From Vulcanimicrobiales bacterium (GTDB lineage: Bacteria > Vulcanimicrobiota > Vulcanimicrobiia > Vulcanimicrobiales > Vulcanimicrobiaceae), in the NCBI GenBank assembly GCA_038231455.1, contig JBBRLI010000001.1, positions 388,988 through 452,987 on the forward strand: a stretch of 64,000 nt of DNA, read 5' to 3'. The position numbers were made by a program, and so were the translations under genes. Below the pieces are notes generated by a model. It searched no databases. It was given only the letters and a program-made list of their open reading frames with translations, and was not told the DNA's origin. How positions within the stretch are numbered: the stretch's first letter is position 1; every line of letters starts with the position of its first letter. Shown piece by piece: positions 19,376 through 29,366 of this stretch.

Positions 19376-20224
19376 CTACGCGTTCGACGTCGTCGAGCCA
19401 GCACGCGGCGCTCGTTCCGGTAAGCGCAGCATGCGTCGCGCTTCGGCGGGGGTCGCAATCGGACGGCCGAGTTCATTTGCTACCCGCACAACGCGCGCGA
19501 CTAGCTCCTCGTTTGTGGCGAGGCGCCCTTTTGAGTAATAAATATTGTCTTCAAGGCCAACGCGTACGTGTCCACCCATCGCGATTGCGACCGCGGCGAG
19601 AGGGAGTTGCTGGCGTCCGATGCCGGCAACCGTCCACGAACATCCGGCGGGCAGCGCGTTCACGCAGGCGACCAGGTTCTCGACGGTGGCTTCGAGCGCG
19701 CCTGGGACGCCCAGCACGAAGTCGGCGTGCGCCGGTAAGGCAAGCAAGCCTTCTGCGGCAAGGCGTTTGGCGTTTGCGATGTGGCCGAGATCGAAAATTT
19801 CCAGTTCCGGCGTGACACCGTAGCGCGCCATACCGGCGAGAATTCCGCGCATGATCGGAAAGCTGTTCTCGAACACGTCGTCGCCGAAATTCACCGTACC
19901 GCAGGTGAGCGTCGCCATGTCGGGACCAAGTTCCAGAGGAGCCGCACGTTCCTGCGGCGTCATCCCGATCGCCCCACCGGTCGAAAACTGGACGATCAGG
20001 TCGCTCTCGCGACGAATCGCTTCGTACGCCTCGCGGAAACGGCCGACGTCATGCGTATTGGTCCCATCATCGTTCCGGCAGTGAACGTGGATCATCGAGG
20101 CGCCGGCCGCACGAATGCCCCGAGCGACGGCTCCGAGCTGAGCGGGCGTCACCGCTAGGTGCGGGGTTTGCTCCGGAGTGAGTTCGGCCCCCACCGGAGC
20201 GACCGTAATAATGAGGGGATCCAT
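19376..20224 (-). CDS. kce: 3-keto-5-aminohexanoate cleavage enzyme (DUF849/BKACE)
   Basis: LIITVAPVGAE, IHVH, QFSTGGA and HVRVGLEDN motifs. Confidence 0.88.
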   Translation of the reverse strand: MDPLIITVAPVGAELTPEQTPHLAVTPAQLGAVARGIRAAGASMIHVHCRNDDGTNTHDVGRFREAYEAIRRESDLIVQFSTGGAIGMTPQERAAPLELGPDMATLTCGTVNFGDDVFENSFPIMRGILAGMARYGVTPELEIFDLGHIANAKRLAAEGLLALPAHADFVLGVPGALEATVENLVACVNALPAGCSWTVAGIGRQQLPLAAVAIAMGGHVRVGLEDNIYYSKGRLATNEELVARVVRVANELGRPIATPAEARRMLRLPERAPRAGSTTSNA

Positions 20225-20227
20225 CCG

Positions 20228-21835
20228 CTAGCCGTTCGACGCGGACGGCGCGCCGCTCCGCTTGCGCCGCAACGCCGCTCGAGCTGCGGCGATGAGGCTT
20301 GGATCGAGTCCGAGCAGCTCGGCCAGCGCAATTGCATCCGCGTGCGGTTCGTCGTCGGGACCGACCGCGACCACGCGGTAGTCCATTGCCTCGCCCAAGG
20401 CCGCAAGCGCGGCATCCAAGTCGCACGTCGCACCGATCGGCAACGCGTGCAGCAGACCCGCGATCGCAAGGTGCGTCGTTTTGGTTTCGCGGGCGATTCC
20501 CGCGAAATGCGTTGCGACGAGTGCGCGCATCCCGCGTGCAGCCAGAGTCTGCACGAGTGCCACCAAGAGTGCGCGGCCTTCACTGGGACTCGTCGTGCGA
20601 GCGAATTCATCGACGAGCGCAAGCGTCGATTCCGCTCCCGCAAGTAAACCGCGCACGCGCACGACTTCGCCACCAAAGGCCGAGAGCAGGGCGGCGCGGT
20701 CGTCGCGATCGTCGGCGCCGATCCAAGCGATCCGCGCAACGAGCGGCACGCGTGCAGAACTCGCCGGGACCGGCAAACCTTGCGCTGCGCAAAGCGCGAT
20801 GAAACCGGCCGTTTGCATCGCTGCGGTTTTGCCGCCCATATTCGGTCCGGTCAGCACCGCGACGCCGTCCCATGCAAACGACAGCGGAGCATACCGGCGG
20901 CCGCGCTGGACGAGCGCTTCAGCAAGCGGCGGAAACGAGGCGTTCTCCCAGCCAATCGCGCCCGAGGTGTACGTCGGGACGCAAGCGTTCCACGCAAGCG
21001 CAAACGCTGCGCGCGCGCACTCGCGTTCGCACTCGCCGAGCCGTTCGGTCACTGCGACGATCGCGCGCGCGTGCACACCGATCGCCGCGGAGAGGGTCCC
21101 ACGCGCACGCTCTTCGACGCGCGCGACGTTGCTGTGCGCATCATCGCGCGCGGAAAGCGCGGCGAGCGTTCGATCGTCGTAGACGAGTTCGCACACAATG
21201 TAGGTCGCCGCTTCGCGTATAACGCGAACGTTCGGCGGGAGCGAAGCCGCCCTGCCGTCACGCATGAGAATGAATTCGCCATCACGTACGCTCGCACCAA
21301 CCATTGCCGCGACGCTCGCCTCAAACGCGCTGCGCGCGGAGTCGAGCACGGCTTGACGTTCGGCGGCGAGTCGCCGCACCGTTTCGAGTTCGGCATCGAA
21401 GCGGTCGGCAAGGTAGAATCCGCGTCGCTCGCGACCCGGCGCAAGCGCAGCAGCAACGGCGTCGAGCGCGGACGGCGGCGCAAGCGGCACGCCCAAAGGC
21501 CACTGCGAGCGAACGAGCTCGAGTGCATCGACGAATCGGCCGAGTTCGAAGAAATCGGCGTCCGCCAGGGGATCGCCTGCGGCGGCGCGTGCAGCGATCG
21601 CCGTTGGATCGGGACACCAGCGGATCGCCTCGCGCACGCGTTCCAGCGTCGCCGCATCGAACGCCGCCGCAAGCGCGACGGTCGTACGCGCCCGCTCCGA
21701 TGCGAGGTCTTCTTCACCGGGCACGTATGCGCGCTCGCGTGCGGCGGCACGTCGGCCAAAATCGCTGCGCGGTGCGAGCACAGCATCGAGCCACGCGCCA
21801 CCAATCGCGGCGTGCGTTGCCGCATCGACCATCAT
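20228..21835 (-). CDS. kamC: MutS-like ATPase, KamC-type lysine 5,6-aminomutase reactivase subunit
   Basis: GPNMGGKT, LVDEFARTT..EG and VATHF motifs. No mismatch-binding or Smr domain. Lies between a kamB-like gene and kce. Confidence 0.7.
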   Translation of the reverse strand: MMVDAATHAAIGGAWLDAVLAPRSDFGRRAAARERAYVPGEEDLASERARTTVALAAAFDAATLERVREAIRWCPDPTAIAARAAAGDPLADADFFELGRFVDALELVRSQWPLGVPLAPPSALDAVAAALAPGRERRGFYLADRFDAELETVRRLAAERQAVLDSARSAFEASVAAMVGASVRDGEFILMRDGRAASLPPNVRVIREAATYIVCELVYDDRTLAALSARDDAHSNVARVEERARGTLSAAIGVHARAIVAVTERLGECERECARAAFALAWNACVPTYTSGAIGWENASFPPLAEALVQRGRRYAPLSFAWDGVAVLTGPNMGGKTAAMQTAGFIALCAAQGLPVPASSARVPLVARIAWIGADDRDDRAALLSAFGGEVVRVRGLLAGAESTLALVDEFARTTSPSEGRALLVALVQTLAARGMRALVATHFAGIARETKTTHLAIAGLLHALPIGATCDLDAALAALGEAMDYRVVAVGPDDEPHADAIALAELLGLDPSLIAAARAALRRKRSGAPSASNG

Positions 21836-22722
21836 GCGACGAGTCCAGCGAAGAGATCGAACGTCGATAAACGCGTTGCACGCGCGACGGCACGCACGAG
21901 CGCGCGCGGATCGAGCGCGCCTTCGCGTCCGTACGAGGAAACGGTGCAGGCGACCACGCGGATCGGTGCCGTCGTGCGCAGTTCGAGCCGCTCGTTCAGC
22001 TGGTCGAAAAGTTTTCCGCGTACGGTTACGCGTGTTGGATCGGTGACGACGACGCGCGCGCCGCGATGCTCGGCGATAAGTTCGCTTGCGCGCTCGGGTC
22101 CAAGCGCTCCATCGATGTGGATCGCATCGGCGCGCGAGCCGTCATCGCGCGCGATCGAGAGCCGCCGTACCAAATCGCCCGCCACGGCAGCAACGCGGTC
22201 GATCGTTGCGCCGCTCTGCGCCCCGGTCGCGACGATCACCGCATCGTCTCCGCCGGCCAGCGCGGCGATGCGGTCGATTGCGCCGTCAAGAAAAATCGGG
22301 CCATCGGCGATCCGTGCAAGCTGCTCGAGCGTCCGTCGGACGCCGCTCGCCGTCGGCGGTCCGCCGATCTCAAAGCGCGATGTGGCTCGGACGCGCACAA
22401 ACGCGATCGCGCCGAGCGCGCTGCGTTCACCCAACTCCAGAATCTCACATGCGGGCGAACGCGGTACGAGGTCGCGCGCCGTCGCTACGATCGTCCCGGG
22501 CGGCAGCGTCAATTGCGGTTTGGGCAGTGCATCAAGTGCGTCGCTCGTTTCGCCATCGCGACCGATCGAGGTGATCGCATAGGCGATGCCGCGCGCGCGT
22601 GCAGATTCACAGAGCGCGCGCACGCCGACCGTCTTACCGACGTTCTTCGCCGTTCCGACAATCGCAATCGTACGCGTCCCCGCCGCACGCGCGCAATCGA
22701 AGAGATCGAAGGCAACGCTCAT
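21832..22722 (-). CDS. kamB: KamB-like lysine 5,6-aminomutase reactivase subunit
   Basis: IVGTAKNVGKT, TSIGRDGE..D, DGAIDR and VATGA motifs, coupled to kamC. Confidence 0.68.
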   Translation of the reverse strand: MSVAFDLFDCARAAGTRTIAIVGTAKNVGKTVGVRALCESARARGIAYAITSIGRDGETSDALDALPKPQLTLPPGTIVATARDLVPRSPACEILELGERSALGAIAFVRVRATSRFEIGGPPTASGVRRTLEQLARIADGPIFLDGAIDRIAALAGGDDAVIVATGAQSGATIDRVAAVAGDLVRRLSIARDDGSRADAIHIDGALGPERASELIAEHRGARVVVTDPTRVTVRGKLFDQLNERLELRTTAPIRVVACTVSSYGREGALDPRALVRAVARATRLSTFDLFAGLVA

Positions 22723-24083
22723 CCGGGCGACCGCGCGATGAGTCGCACCCCATCATCGATCGTCACGACGTGCGCTTGTCCGGCCGCAAGTTCGCCTTCG
22801 ACTTGCGCGCGCACGGCATCCCAGGTCCTCGAGTGATACGTAAGATCGTCGAGGATCGTCGGCCGCAAGGCCTTCGCACTCGAATAGGCGTTGGGATCGG
22901 CGCCGAGATGCGCGTACGCCTCATCGAACGTGCCGACATCGATCCCCGCCGGCAGCGCGGCGATGGCGCGATCGAGCGTTGCATCGTGCGCCGTGCGCGC
23001 ACGCAAGAAATGACCCCAGTGCGTGGGACTTGCGACCGCAAGGTCGAGCACGCAGAGAACGGCGCACGTTCGAACGAGCAACAGCGCGCGTTTGCGGTCA
23101 CGCGCGGCGACGCGCGCGATGCCCAGGGCAAACGCGACGAGGATGGGGCCGATCCAGACGGCGGCGTAGTGCTGTCCCATCGTATACGTGATCGAGAGAT
23201 GCGATCCGAGCACCTCGGTAACGCCGGGGAGCGCCAGTAGAATCGCGGGTGTCGTCAGCGGCACGAACGCAAGCGGGACGAGCGCTTCGAGCGAATACGT
23301 CATACGCCCGCGCAGATCGAGCCCGGCGGAATCGCCGCGGCCGCCGTTCCAGGCGTAAAAATGCAGCGGATCCCACGCTGCGGTTGCGCCCGCCAGCGGC
23401 CGCACGAGCAGAAAGTATGATGTGAAAACCGCCACGGCAACGCCGCCAGCGGCGAGCGAAAACACGACCGCACGCCGTTCGCCGCGCCGCCAAAACCAGA
23501 CCGCGGCGATGAGTCCGAGAAACGCGACGATCGGGGCTTCATCTTCTTTCGTCCCGAGTAGGACGGCCGCACAAAGCGCAGCGAGCAAGAAATTCCGCCG
23601 GTCGAGGGCTGCGATTAGCCACGCCGCTCCGGCTGCGGCGAACGCGTTTTCGTGAAAGTCAGTGAACGTCACACCGGCGAGAGCCGGATACACGAAGGCA
23701 ATCGAGGCCACGCCAAGCGCGAGCCGTTCATCCATCCGCGTGCGCGCAAGCGAAAAAATTGCGGGGGCGACAAGTGCGCACGCCAGCGCCTGCACGAAGA
23801 TCAGCACGAACGGTCCGTGCGTGAGACGTACGAGTGGTGCGAGCAATTCGAGAATCGGCGAGAAATGAAAGAGATAATGGCTGCCCGCTTCAAGCGTATT
23901 GCCAAAGTGCACGACCGGGTTTAGCAGCGACTGCATAAAAATCCCGAGGTCTGCGCCCGAATGATACGTCGCATACCGGTCCAGTCCGAGCAAGGTGTAG
24001 GTGACGGCGAAGGCCAGGGTTCCCAACCACACCCAACGCGGCGGATCAGCCGATGTGAAAATATTTTGTCGCGGCAAATGCAA
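22719..24083 (-). CDS. DUF2079 family membrane protein (GT-C-like)
   Basis: DLGIF.Q, HFSPIL, DFHE and KED motifs. Start uncertain (TTG 24083 or GTG 24032). Confidence 0.75.
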   Translation of the reverse strand: MHLPRQNIFTSADPPRWVWLGTLAFAVTYTLLGLDRYATYHSGADLGIFMQSLLNPVVHFGNTLEAGSHYLFHFSPILELLAPLVRLTHGPFVLIFVQALACALVAPAIFSLARTRMDERLALGVASIAFVYPALAGVTFTDFHENAFAAAGAAWLIAALDRRNFLLAALCAAVLLGTKEDEAPIVAFLGLIAAVWFWRRGERRAVVFSLAAGGVAVAVFTSYFLLVRPLAGATAAWDPLHFYAWNGGRGDSAGLDLRGRMTYSLEALVPLAFVPLTTPAILLALPGVTEVLGSHLSITYTMGQHYAAVWIGPILVAFALGIARVAARDRKRALLLVRTCAVLCVLDLAVASPTHWGHFLRARTAHDATLDRAIAALPAGIDVGTFDEAYAHLGADPNAYSSAKALRPTILDDLTYHSRTWDAVRAQVEGELAAGQAHVVTIDDGVRLIARSPG

Positions 24084-24609
24084 GACCCGTCAGGACGAGC
24101 ACGATGCCGGCCCATCGCGCCGAACCGGCCTCCGCGCGCGCCCCGAGCCGTTTGCCCAGCGTGAGTCCAGCAGTCGTTGCGATGACCGACGCGACCGCGA
24201 TGAAGATCAGCGACGTGTAAATGGGCACGCCAATGAAAAGGATCGAAAAGCCGATGCCGAGCGAATCGAGGCTGATCGAGAGCGCCCCAATGAACAGCCC
24301 CCAGCCGCGCGAGAGATCCATTTTCCCGGACTCCGGGCCATCGCCCAGGGTCTCGTAAATCATGTAGAGGCCGACGCCGACGAGCGCCGTGAATCCGAGG
24401 TACCCCGCGATATCGCCGAGCAGTTTGCCAACCGTCGCGCCGAGGAGCGCGCCGATGACATTCATCGAAATCTCGGCGGTCGCGAACGCCGCGCCGATGC
24501 GGATTTTTGTCATGCGATCCGTGCCGCGCATGCCAACGCCGATGCAGACGGCAAAAACATCAAGCGCCAGTGAAAGCGCGACGATCGCGATCTTAATGAA
24601 CGAAATCAT
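24046..24609 (-). CDS. mntP: Manganese efflux pump MntP family
   Basis: ALSLALDVFAV and ALSISLDSLGIG repeated motifs in a 187 aa membrane protein. Confidence 0.85.
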   Translation of the reverse strand: MISFIKIAIVALSLALDVFAVCIGVGMRGTDRMTKIRIGAAFATAEISMNVIGALLGATVGKLLGDIAGYLGFTALVGVGLYMIYETLGDGPESGKMDLSRGWGLFIGALSISLDSLGIGFSILFIGVPIYTSLIFIAVASVIATTAGLTLGKRLGARAEAGSARWAGIVLVLTGLAFAATKYFHIG

Positions 24610-24619
24610 GGTCGCTAGG

Positions 24620-25018
24620 TTAAAGCGAGGTCGGGATCATCGGCCCCTGCAAAAGCGTCGAGACGGTCGTCCGCAATTGCGAGAGGGTGAACGGTTTGTT
24701 CAGGAAGGCGTTGGCGCCGGCGCTCTTCGCGCGCGCGTCCATCGCGTAGTTGTTGTGACCGCTGATCATGACGATCGGCGTGGTCGACGTCGTGCGGTTC
24801 GTCCGGATCTGCGTGATCAGATCGATCCCCGAAATGCCGGGGAGCATGAAGTCGCAGATGATGATGTCGAACGATGAATCGCGCTGCAAGTGGACCAGCG
24901 CACTCTCGGCGTCGTTGCAGGTCGTGACGAGATACGGTCCGCTTTTAAGGATCGTGTTGATCAGCATGCAAATTTCAGGGTCATCGTCCGCGACGAGGAC
25001 GCGCCAAGGTGCGGCCAT
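24620..25018 (-). CDS. Single-domain response regulator (receiver)
   Basis: VLVADDD, DIIICDFMLPGISG and KPF motifs. Confidence 0.88.
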   Translation of the reverse strand: MAAPWRVLVADDDPEICMLINTILKSGPYLVTTCNDAESALVHLQRDSSFDIIICDFMLPGISGIDLITQIRTNRTTSTTPIVMISGHNNYAMDARAKSAGANAFLNKPFTLSQLRTTVSTLLQGPMIPTSL

Positions 25019-25084
25019 CGAAATGCCCTTCCCACTTAACCGGCCGCACGCCTCGATCCGGGTGTTTACGATGCGTAAAGATTG

Positions 25085-25840
25085 ATGCGGCCGTTCTTCA
25101 TGATCGCGGCACTGCTCGTGCTCGTTCTCGGCGTACCGCCGCTGTGGCTCGTCGGCAGCGTCCCGCCCGCGAGTGCACTCGCCGTGCTGCTCGCACCGGA
25201 CGTCGCGCCTGCCCTCGCCGTCTCGCTTGCGGCGTCGCTCTTGGCGCTTTTGGCAAGCGTGTTCCTGGGCGTCCCCGCCGGCTATGCGCTGGCGCGCGGG
25301 CGCGGCTGGTGGCGCGGCCCCGCGACGTTTGCGGTGGCCTTGCCGCTCGTCTTCCCGCCGATCGCGACCGGCGTGATGCTTCTCGCGCTCGTCGGCACGC
25401 GCACACCGTTGGGTACTGCACTTGGCGCAATCGGTTTGCAAATCGTGGATCGGTTGGGTGGGGTTGCGCTCGCCGAATTCTTCGTAAGCGCGCCCTTCAT
25501 CGTTATCGCTGCGGCGGCCGCGTTCGGCGAGGTGGACGTTCGTCTTGAGGAAGCCGCGCGCACCCTCGGCGCGACGACGCTGCGGACATTCTTCGTCGTC
25601 TCGCTCCCGCTCGCCGCGCCGACGATCTCAGCCGGCGTGCTACTTGGTTGGCTGCGGGCGCTGGGAGAATACGGCGCGACGAGTATCGTCGCATATCACC
25701 CGACGTCGCTCCCGGTCGCGCTCTACGTCGTGCTTTCATCCGATGGTTTGCAGCGTGCGCTTGCGATCGCATACGCGTTCATCGTCTTCGCAGCGCTCGT
25801 TGTTGCCGCGCAAGCAGCCCTCCGAAGGCGCCTCTTGTAA
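25085..25840 (+). CDS. Molybdate/oxyanion ABC transporter permease (ModB-like)
   Basis: LPLVFPP, EEAARTLGA and RALGEYGAT motifs. Confidence 0.82.
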   Translation: MRPFFMIAALLVLVLGVPPLWLVGSVPPASALAVLLAPDVAPALAVSLAASLLALLASVFLGVPAGYALARGRGWWRGPATFAVALPLVFPPIATGVMLLALVGTRTPLGTALGAIGLQIVDRLGGVALAEFFVSAPFIVIAAAAAFGEVDVRLEEAARTLGATTLRTFFVVSLPLAAPTISAGVLLGWLRALGEYGATSIVAYHPTSLPVALYVVLSSDGLQRALAIAYAFIVFAALVVAAQAALRRRLL

Positions 25841-25862
25841 ACGGCGCGAAGCGCCTTTACTC

Positions 25863-26756
25863 ATGGCCATTCTCGATCGTTTTCTCACGCCGGAATCGTC
25901 GTTTCAACAACGGTTTTTCTTTCTCGCCAAACGTTTCGTCGCTGGCGAGACCGCGATCGAGGCAATGGACGCGATTCGTTCGCTCAATGCAGCGGGAATG
26001 GCCGCCACGCTCGACTTCCTGGGCGAAGATGTCACCTCGCGGGATGAAGCGCTGCGCACGCGTGATGCATACTTCGACCTCCTCGACCGGATCGAGAGCG
26101 CTGGTGTCAAGTCGAACGTCTCGGTGAAACTGACCGCCTGCGGAATGCTCATCAGCGAAGACTTCGCTTACGAGAATCTTCAAGCAATTGTCGAGCGGGC
26201 CGCTCGCAACGCCGATCCGTTCGTACGCATCGACATGGAAGGCTCGGCGCTCGCCGAGGCAACGCTGCGCGTCTTCCAACGCGTCTACGCCGAAAACACA
26301 AACGTCGGCCCGGTGCTGCAAGCCTATCTCAAACGTACGCCCGACGATGTCGCTGCGGCGATCGCGCAAGGTGCACGCGTGCGACTTTGCAAAGGCGCCT
26401 ACAAAGAGCCGCCCACGGTCGCGCATCAAGAGATGCCAATCATCCGCCGCGAGTATCTGCGCCTAGCCGAATCGCTCTTAACCGACGGCACGTATCCCGG
26501 AATTGCAACCCACGACGAGCGAATCATCGCCGCCATCAAGGCGTTCGCACGCGAACGGGGCATCGGCAAAGAACGCTTCGAATTCCAAATGCTTTACGGT
26601 GTGCGCACCGATCTGCAGAGATCGCTTGTCGAAGAAGGATACAACGTGCGCATCTACGTGCCGTACGGCACGCACTGGGCGGGCTATTTCTATCGCCGCA
26701 TCAGCGAGCGCAAAGAGAACGCGTTCCTCGCTTTGCGCGCGCTGGTTCAAAAATAA
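25863..26756 (+). CDS. Monofunctional proline dehydrogenase
   Basis: RFVAGE, DFLGE, SVKLT, IDME, RLCKGAY, IATHD, FQMLYG and YVPYG...RR..E motifs. Confidence 0.92.
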   Translation: MAILDRFLTPESSFQQRFFFLAKRFVAGETAIEAMDAIRSLNAAGMAATLDFLGEDVTSRDEALRTRDAYFDLLDRIESAGVKSNVSVKLTACGMLISEDFAYENLQAIVERAARNADPFVRIDMEGSALAEATLRVFQRVYAENTNVGPVLQAYLKRTPDDVAAAIAQGARVRLCKGAYKEPPTVAHQEMPIIRREYLRLAESLLTDGTYPGIATHDERIIAAIKAFARERGIGKERFEFQMLYGVRTDLQRSLVEEGYNVRIYVPYGTHWAGYFYRRISERKENAFLALRALVQK

Positions 26757-26759
26757 TCC

Positions 26760-28244
26760 TCAGTCCTCGGTGATGCGCTCGACGCGCGTCATGCGATCGG
26801 TTTCGATCAATCGGCCGAGCGTATCGAAGCCGCTTTCGATGTCACCAAAGACGGTGAAGTCGCGGTTGAGGTGCAGTGCGGGTGAGATCGTGATATAGAA
26901 CTGCGTGCCTGCGGAGTCGCGCTGCGGGCCGTTCTTATCGTAGTTCAGTCCCATGGAGATCACGCCGCTCCGCTGTTCGAGTGGGTTTTCTTCTGCGGGA
27001 ATCATGTAGCCCGCGTCCCCTTCGCCGCTATCGGTGATATCGCCGGTCTGCACGACAAAGTCGGGGACGATGCGAAACCAGCGCAGGTTGTCGAAATAAC
27101 CGCGATCGACAAGCCCTAGGAAATTGGCGACGGTGAGCGGCGCCCACTCGGGAAAGAGCCGAACGACGATCGTGCCTTTGGTCGTGCCGATCCGCACGCG
27201 AGGATGCTTGCCCGGCAAAGGCGCGCCAAACGCGACTGCGGTGCGCGGCAAAAGCGGAAGGTCGAGGCGTGCGTCTCCGGAACGAGGCGCGCGCGGGTTA
27301 CCGAGTGCATGCGGTCTCGCAAGCGGCGCGGTTGTGTCCTGCGGCCCGGGTGCCGGAACGTTCAGCGCGGTTTGCAATTGCTTGAGATGGTCGGTGCGTT
27401 TGCCGCCCGCGAGGATCTGCAGCGATTCGTGCGCTTCTTCTTGCACGCGCCAAGCGCGGTCGTTCAATCGAGCGCGAACCGCCGGCACGATCGCCGCGGT
27501 TCCCGCGCGTCCCGCAGCGCGAACCATGCCGATGCGGACCTGTTCGTCGCCATCGTTCATTCCATCGCGCAATGCGGCAAGCGGAATCACGTTGCCGTAT
27601 GCACGGCCCGTCGACCACGCGATATGCATGCGCACGTCCGCGTTCTTCTCGTTCCGCAGATCCGAAAGGAGCACGGCGGCGATCGCCCGCGCTTGAACGT
27701 CTTTGCCGTAGTAGCCGAGCGCCGTTGCGGCCCGCCCGCGCACGGCCGGATCGGGATCGTTTGCAAGCACGCGTTCGAGCGGCGCGATCAACCCCGGACG
27801 AGAGACTAGCTGGAAGAGGTTTGCGCGCGGATTCAAACTCAGCGCGGCAACGCGCGCGGCGACGTCAGCCGCCGCCGCACGTACCATCGGCATGCGGTCA
27901 TGCAGGCCTACGAGCGCATCGCCTGCGACATTTGTCTTCTCCGCGAGCAACCCGAGCGCAAAGAGCGCAAGGCCGCGAACGGCGGGATCGCTAGCATGCG
28001 CGACCCGATCTCGCAAAACCGATGCGCCCGCAACGTTCTTCGTCCGCCCAATTGCGAGAACCGCTCGCGAAGAAAGAACGGGGTCGCTTGATTTTGCGCT
28101 TGCGATCATGAGCGGCGTCAACATCCGCTGCGACTCTGCCGCGACGAGCCCACGGTACGTCGGAACGTCATCTGCAGCGTGTGCTGACGCACAAAGCAGG
28201 GCCGAAGTAAGGAAGCCCACGGTTAATTCGCGATAAAACTTCAC
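26760..28244 (-). CDS. Secreted HEAT-repeat cyclophilin-type peptidylprolyl isomerase
   Basis: Signal peptide and HEAT repeats, then APLTVANF, FRIVPDFVVQTGD, QFYIT and FTVFG. Confidence 0.88.
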   Translation of the reverse strand: MKFYRELTVGFLTSALLCASAHAADDVPTYRGLVAAESQRMLTPLMIASAKSSDPVLSSRAVLAIGRTKNVAGASVLRDRVAHASDPAVRGLALFALGLLAEKTNVAGDALVGLHDRMPMVRAAAADVAARVAALSLNPRANLFQLVSRPGLIAPLERVLANDPDPAVRGRAATALGYYGKDVQARAIAAVLLSDLRNEKNADVRMHIAWSTGRAYGNVIPLAALRDGMNDGDEQVRIGMVRAAGRAGTAAIVPAVRARLNDRAWRVQEEAHESLQILAGGKRTDHLKQLQTALNVPAPGPQDTTAPLARPHALGNPRAPRSGDARLDLPLLPRTAVAFGAPLPGKHPRVRIGTTKGTIVVRLFPEWAPLTVANFLGLVDRGYFDNLRWFRIVPDFVVQTGDITDSGEGDAGYMIPAEENPLEQRSGVISMGLNYDKNGPQRDSAGTQFYITISPALHLNRDFTVFGDIESGFDTLGRLIETDRMTRVERITED

Positions 28245-28339
28245 AATTGAGGAGCTCCTTCAGTCAACTTTACCGGATGCGCTTACGTTAGAGAGATAGG
28301 CCACTTCATAGTGGCGATTACACGAAACGAGGAACCTTC

Positions 28340-28690
28340 ATGTCGGACCCCACGACCCCAGAGAAAAAGCCCGGCGGCGGGATGAGCGTGCGCGAAGCAG
28401 GCCAAAAAGGCGGCGAAACCGTCAAGAAAAAATACGGCCCCGAATTTTACGAGGCCATCGGCCGCAAGGGCGGCCAAGCCACCAAAGCTGCGCACGGCCA
28501 TGCCTTCTACGAGCAAATCGGAAAGAAGGGCGGCAAGAAGGGCGGCGAAGCCACGCGTGACCGTTACGGACCGACGTTCTACGAAGAAATCGGCCAAAAG
28601 GGCGGCCAGAAGGTCAAAATGCTGATCGAGCAAGGCAAAAAGGCTGCAGCCGACGCCGCTGCCGCTGAAGCCGAGAAGAAGGCTTCCTGA
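28340..28690 (+). CDS. KGG-repeat general stress protein (GsiB/Em-like)
   Basis: MSVREAGQKGG followed by repeated FYE.IG.KGG units. GAGG RBS. Confidence 0.85.
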   Translation: MSDPTTPEKKPGGGMSVREAGQKGGETVKKKYGPEFYEAIGRKGGQATKAAHGHAFYEQIGKKGGKKGGEATRDRYGPTFYEEIGQKGGQKVKMLIEQGKKAAADAAAAEAEKKAS

Positions 28691-28719
28691 AAACCCGGCC
28701 CGCCGCGATTCTAGCGGCG

Positions 28720-29310
28720 ATGCTCCTCATCGGGGCTATCGCCGTCGCGACGGACCCCGCGCGCTCGCAGAGCGCGCCGACGCTCGTCGCGGGAACGCCC
28801 CTTGCGTTCTCGCTCGACGACACCGTCACGATCGCCTCGGTGCGGGTCGGAACGACGTTTCGGCTCCACCTGGTGAACCAACTCGATCTCGGCGCGGCGC
28901 GTGTAGCCGATGCCGGGACCCGGGCGCGTTTGCGCGTCCTGAGCCTCATTAAACCGACGACCGAGGACCCGCGCCATGGCGCCGTGATCGCGATCGAAGA
29001 TTTTCGGACGAACCCCGGCACGTTGCCGGTCCGCCCGCTCCAGACCATCATCCGTGAGGACCTGGCCTCGGGCGCGTCGATCGCAGCAAAAACCGAAGCA
29101 TCGCTCGTTACCGATGGACCGCGGATCGCGATCCAGATTCCGCTTCCCTTTGCGCTCTCGGGCGACCGGCCGTACAACGACTTTACGCCGATCCCGATGA
29201 AGACCGCATCGAGCTCGAAAAACGCGACTCCCTCGCCAAAGCCGACGCCTGCACCCACAGTGGCGCCGACCTCGGCTGCGAGTGAAACTCCGACTCCCGC
29301 TGCTACGTAG
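28720..29310 (+). CDS. Hypothetical secreted protein with Pro/Thr-rich tail
   Basis: Hydrophobic N-terminus and PTPAPT tail. Fills the gap between neighbouring genes. Confidence 0.55.
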   Translation: MLLIGAIAVATDPARSQSAPTLVAGTPLAFSLDDTVTIASVRVGTTFRLHLVNQLDLGAARVADAGTRARLRVLSLIKPTTEDPRHGAVIAIEDFRTNPGTLPVRPLQTIIREDLASGASIAAKTEASLVTDGPRIAIQIPLPFALSGDRPYNDFTPIPMKTASSSKNATPSPKPTPAPTVAPTSAASETPTPAAT

Positions 29311-29366
29311 CCCGAGCATCTCGCATTCGTCCGCTTTCGGACGTACAATCGAAAGGTGATCCGACC

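Noticed and set aside
20228-21835. Mismatch-repair MutS or MutS2
   Set aside because: Lacks mismatch-binding and Smr domains. Context fits KamC.
20780-22582. 600-aa plus-strand ORF
   Set aside because: Antisense to kamC/kamB with no recognisable motifs.
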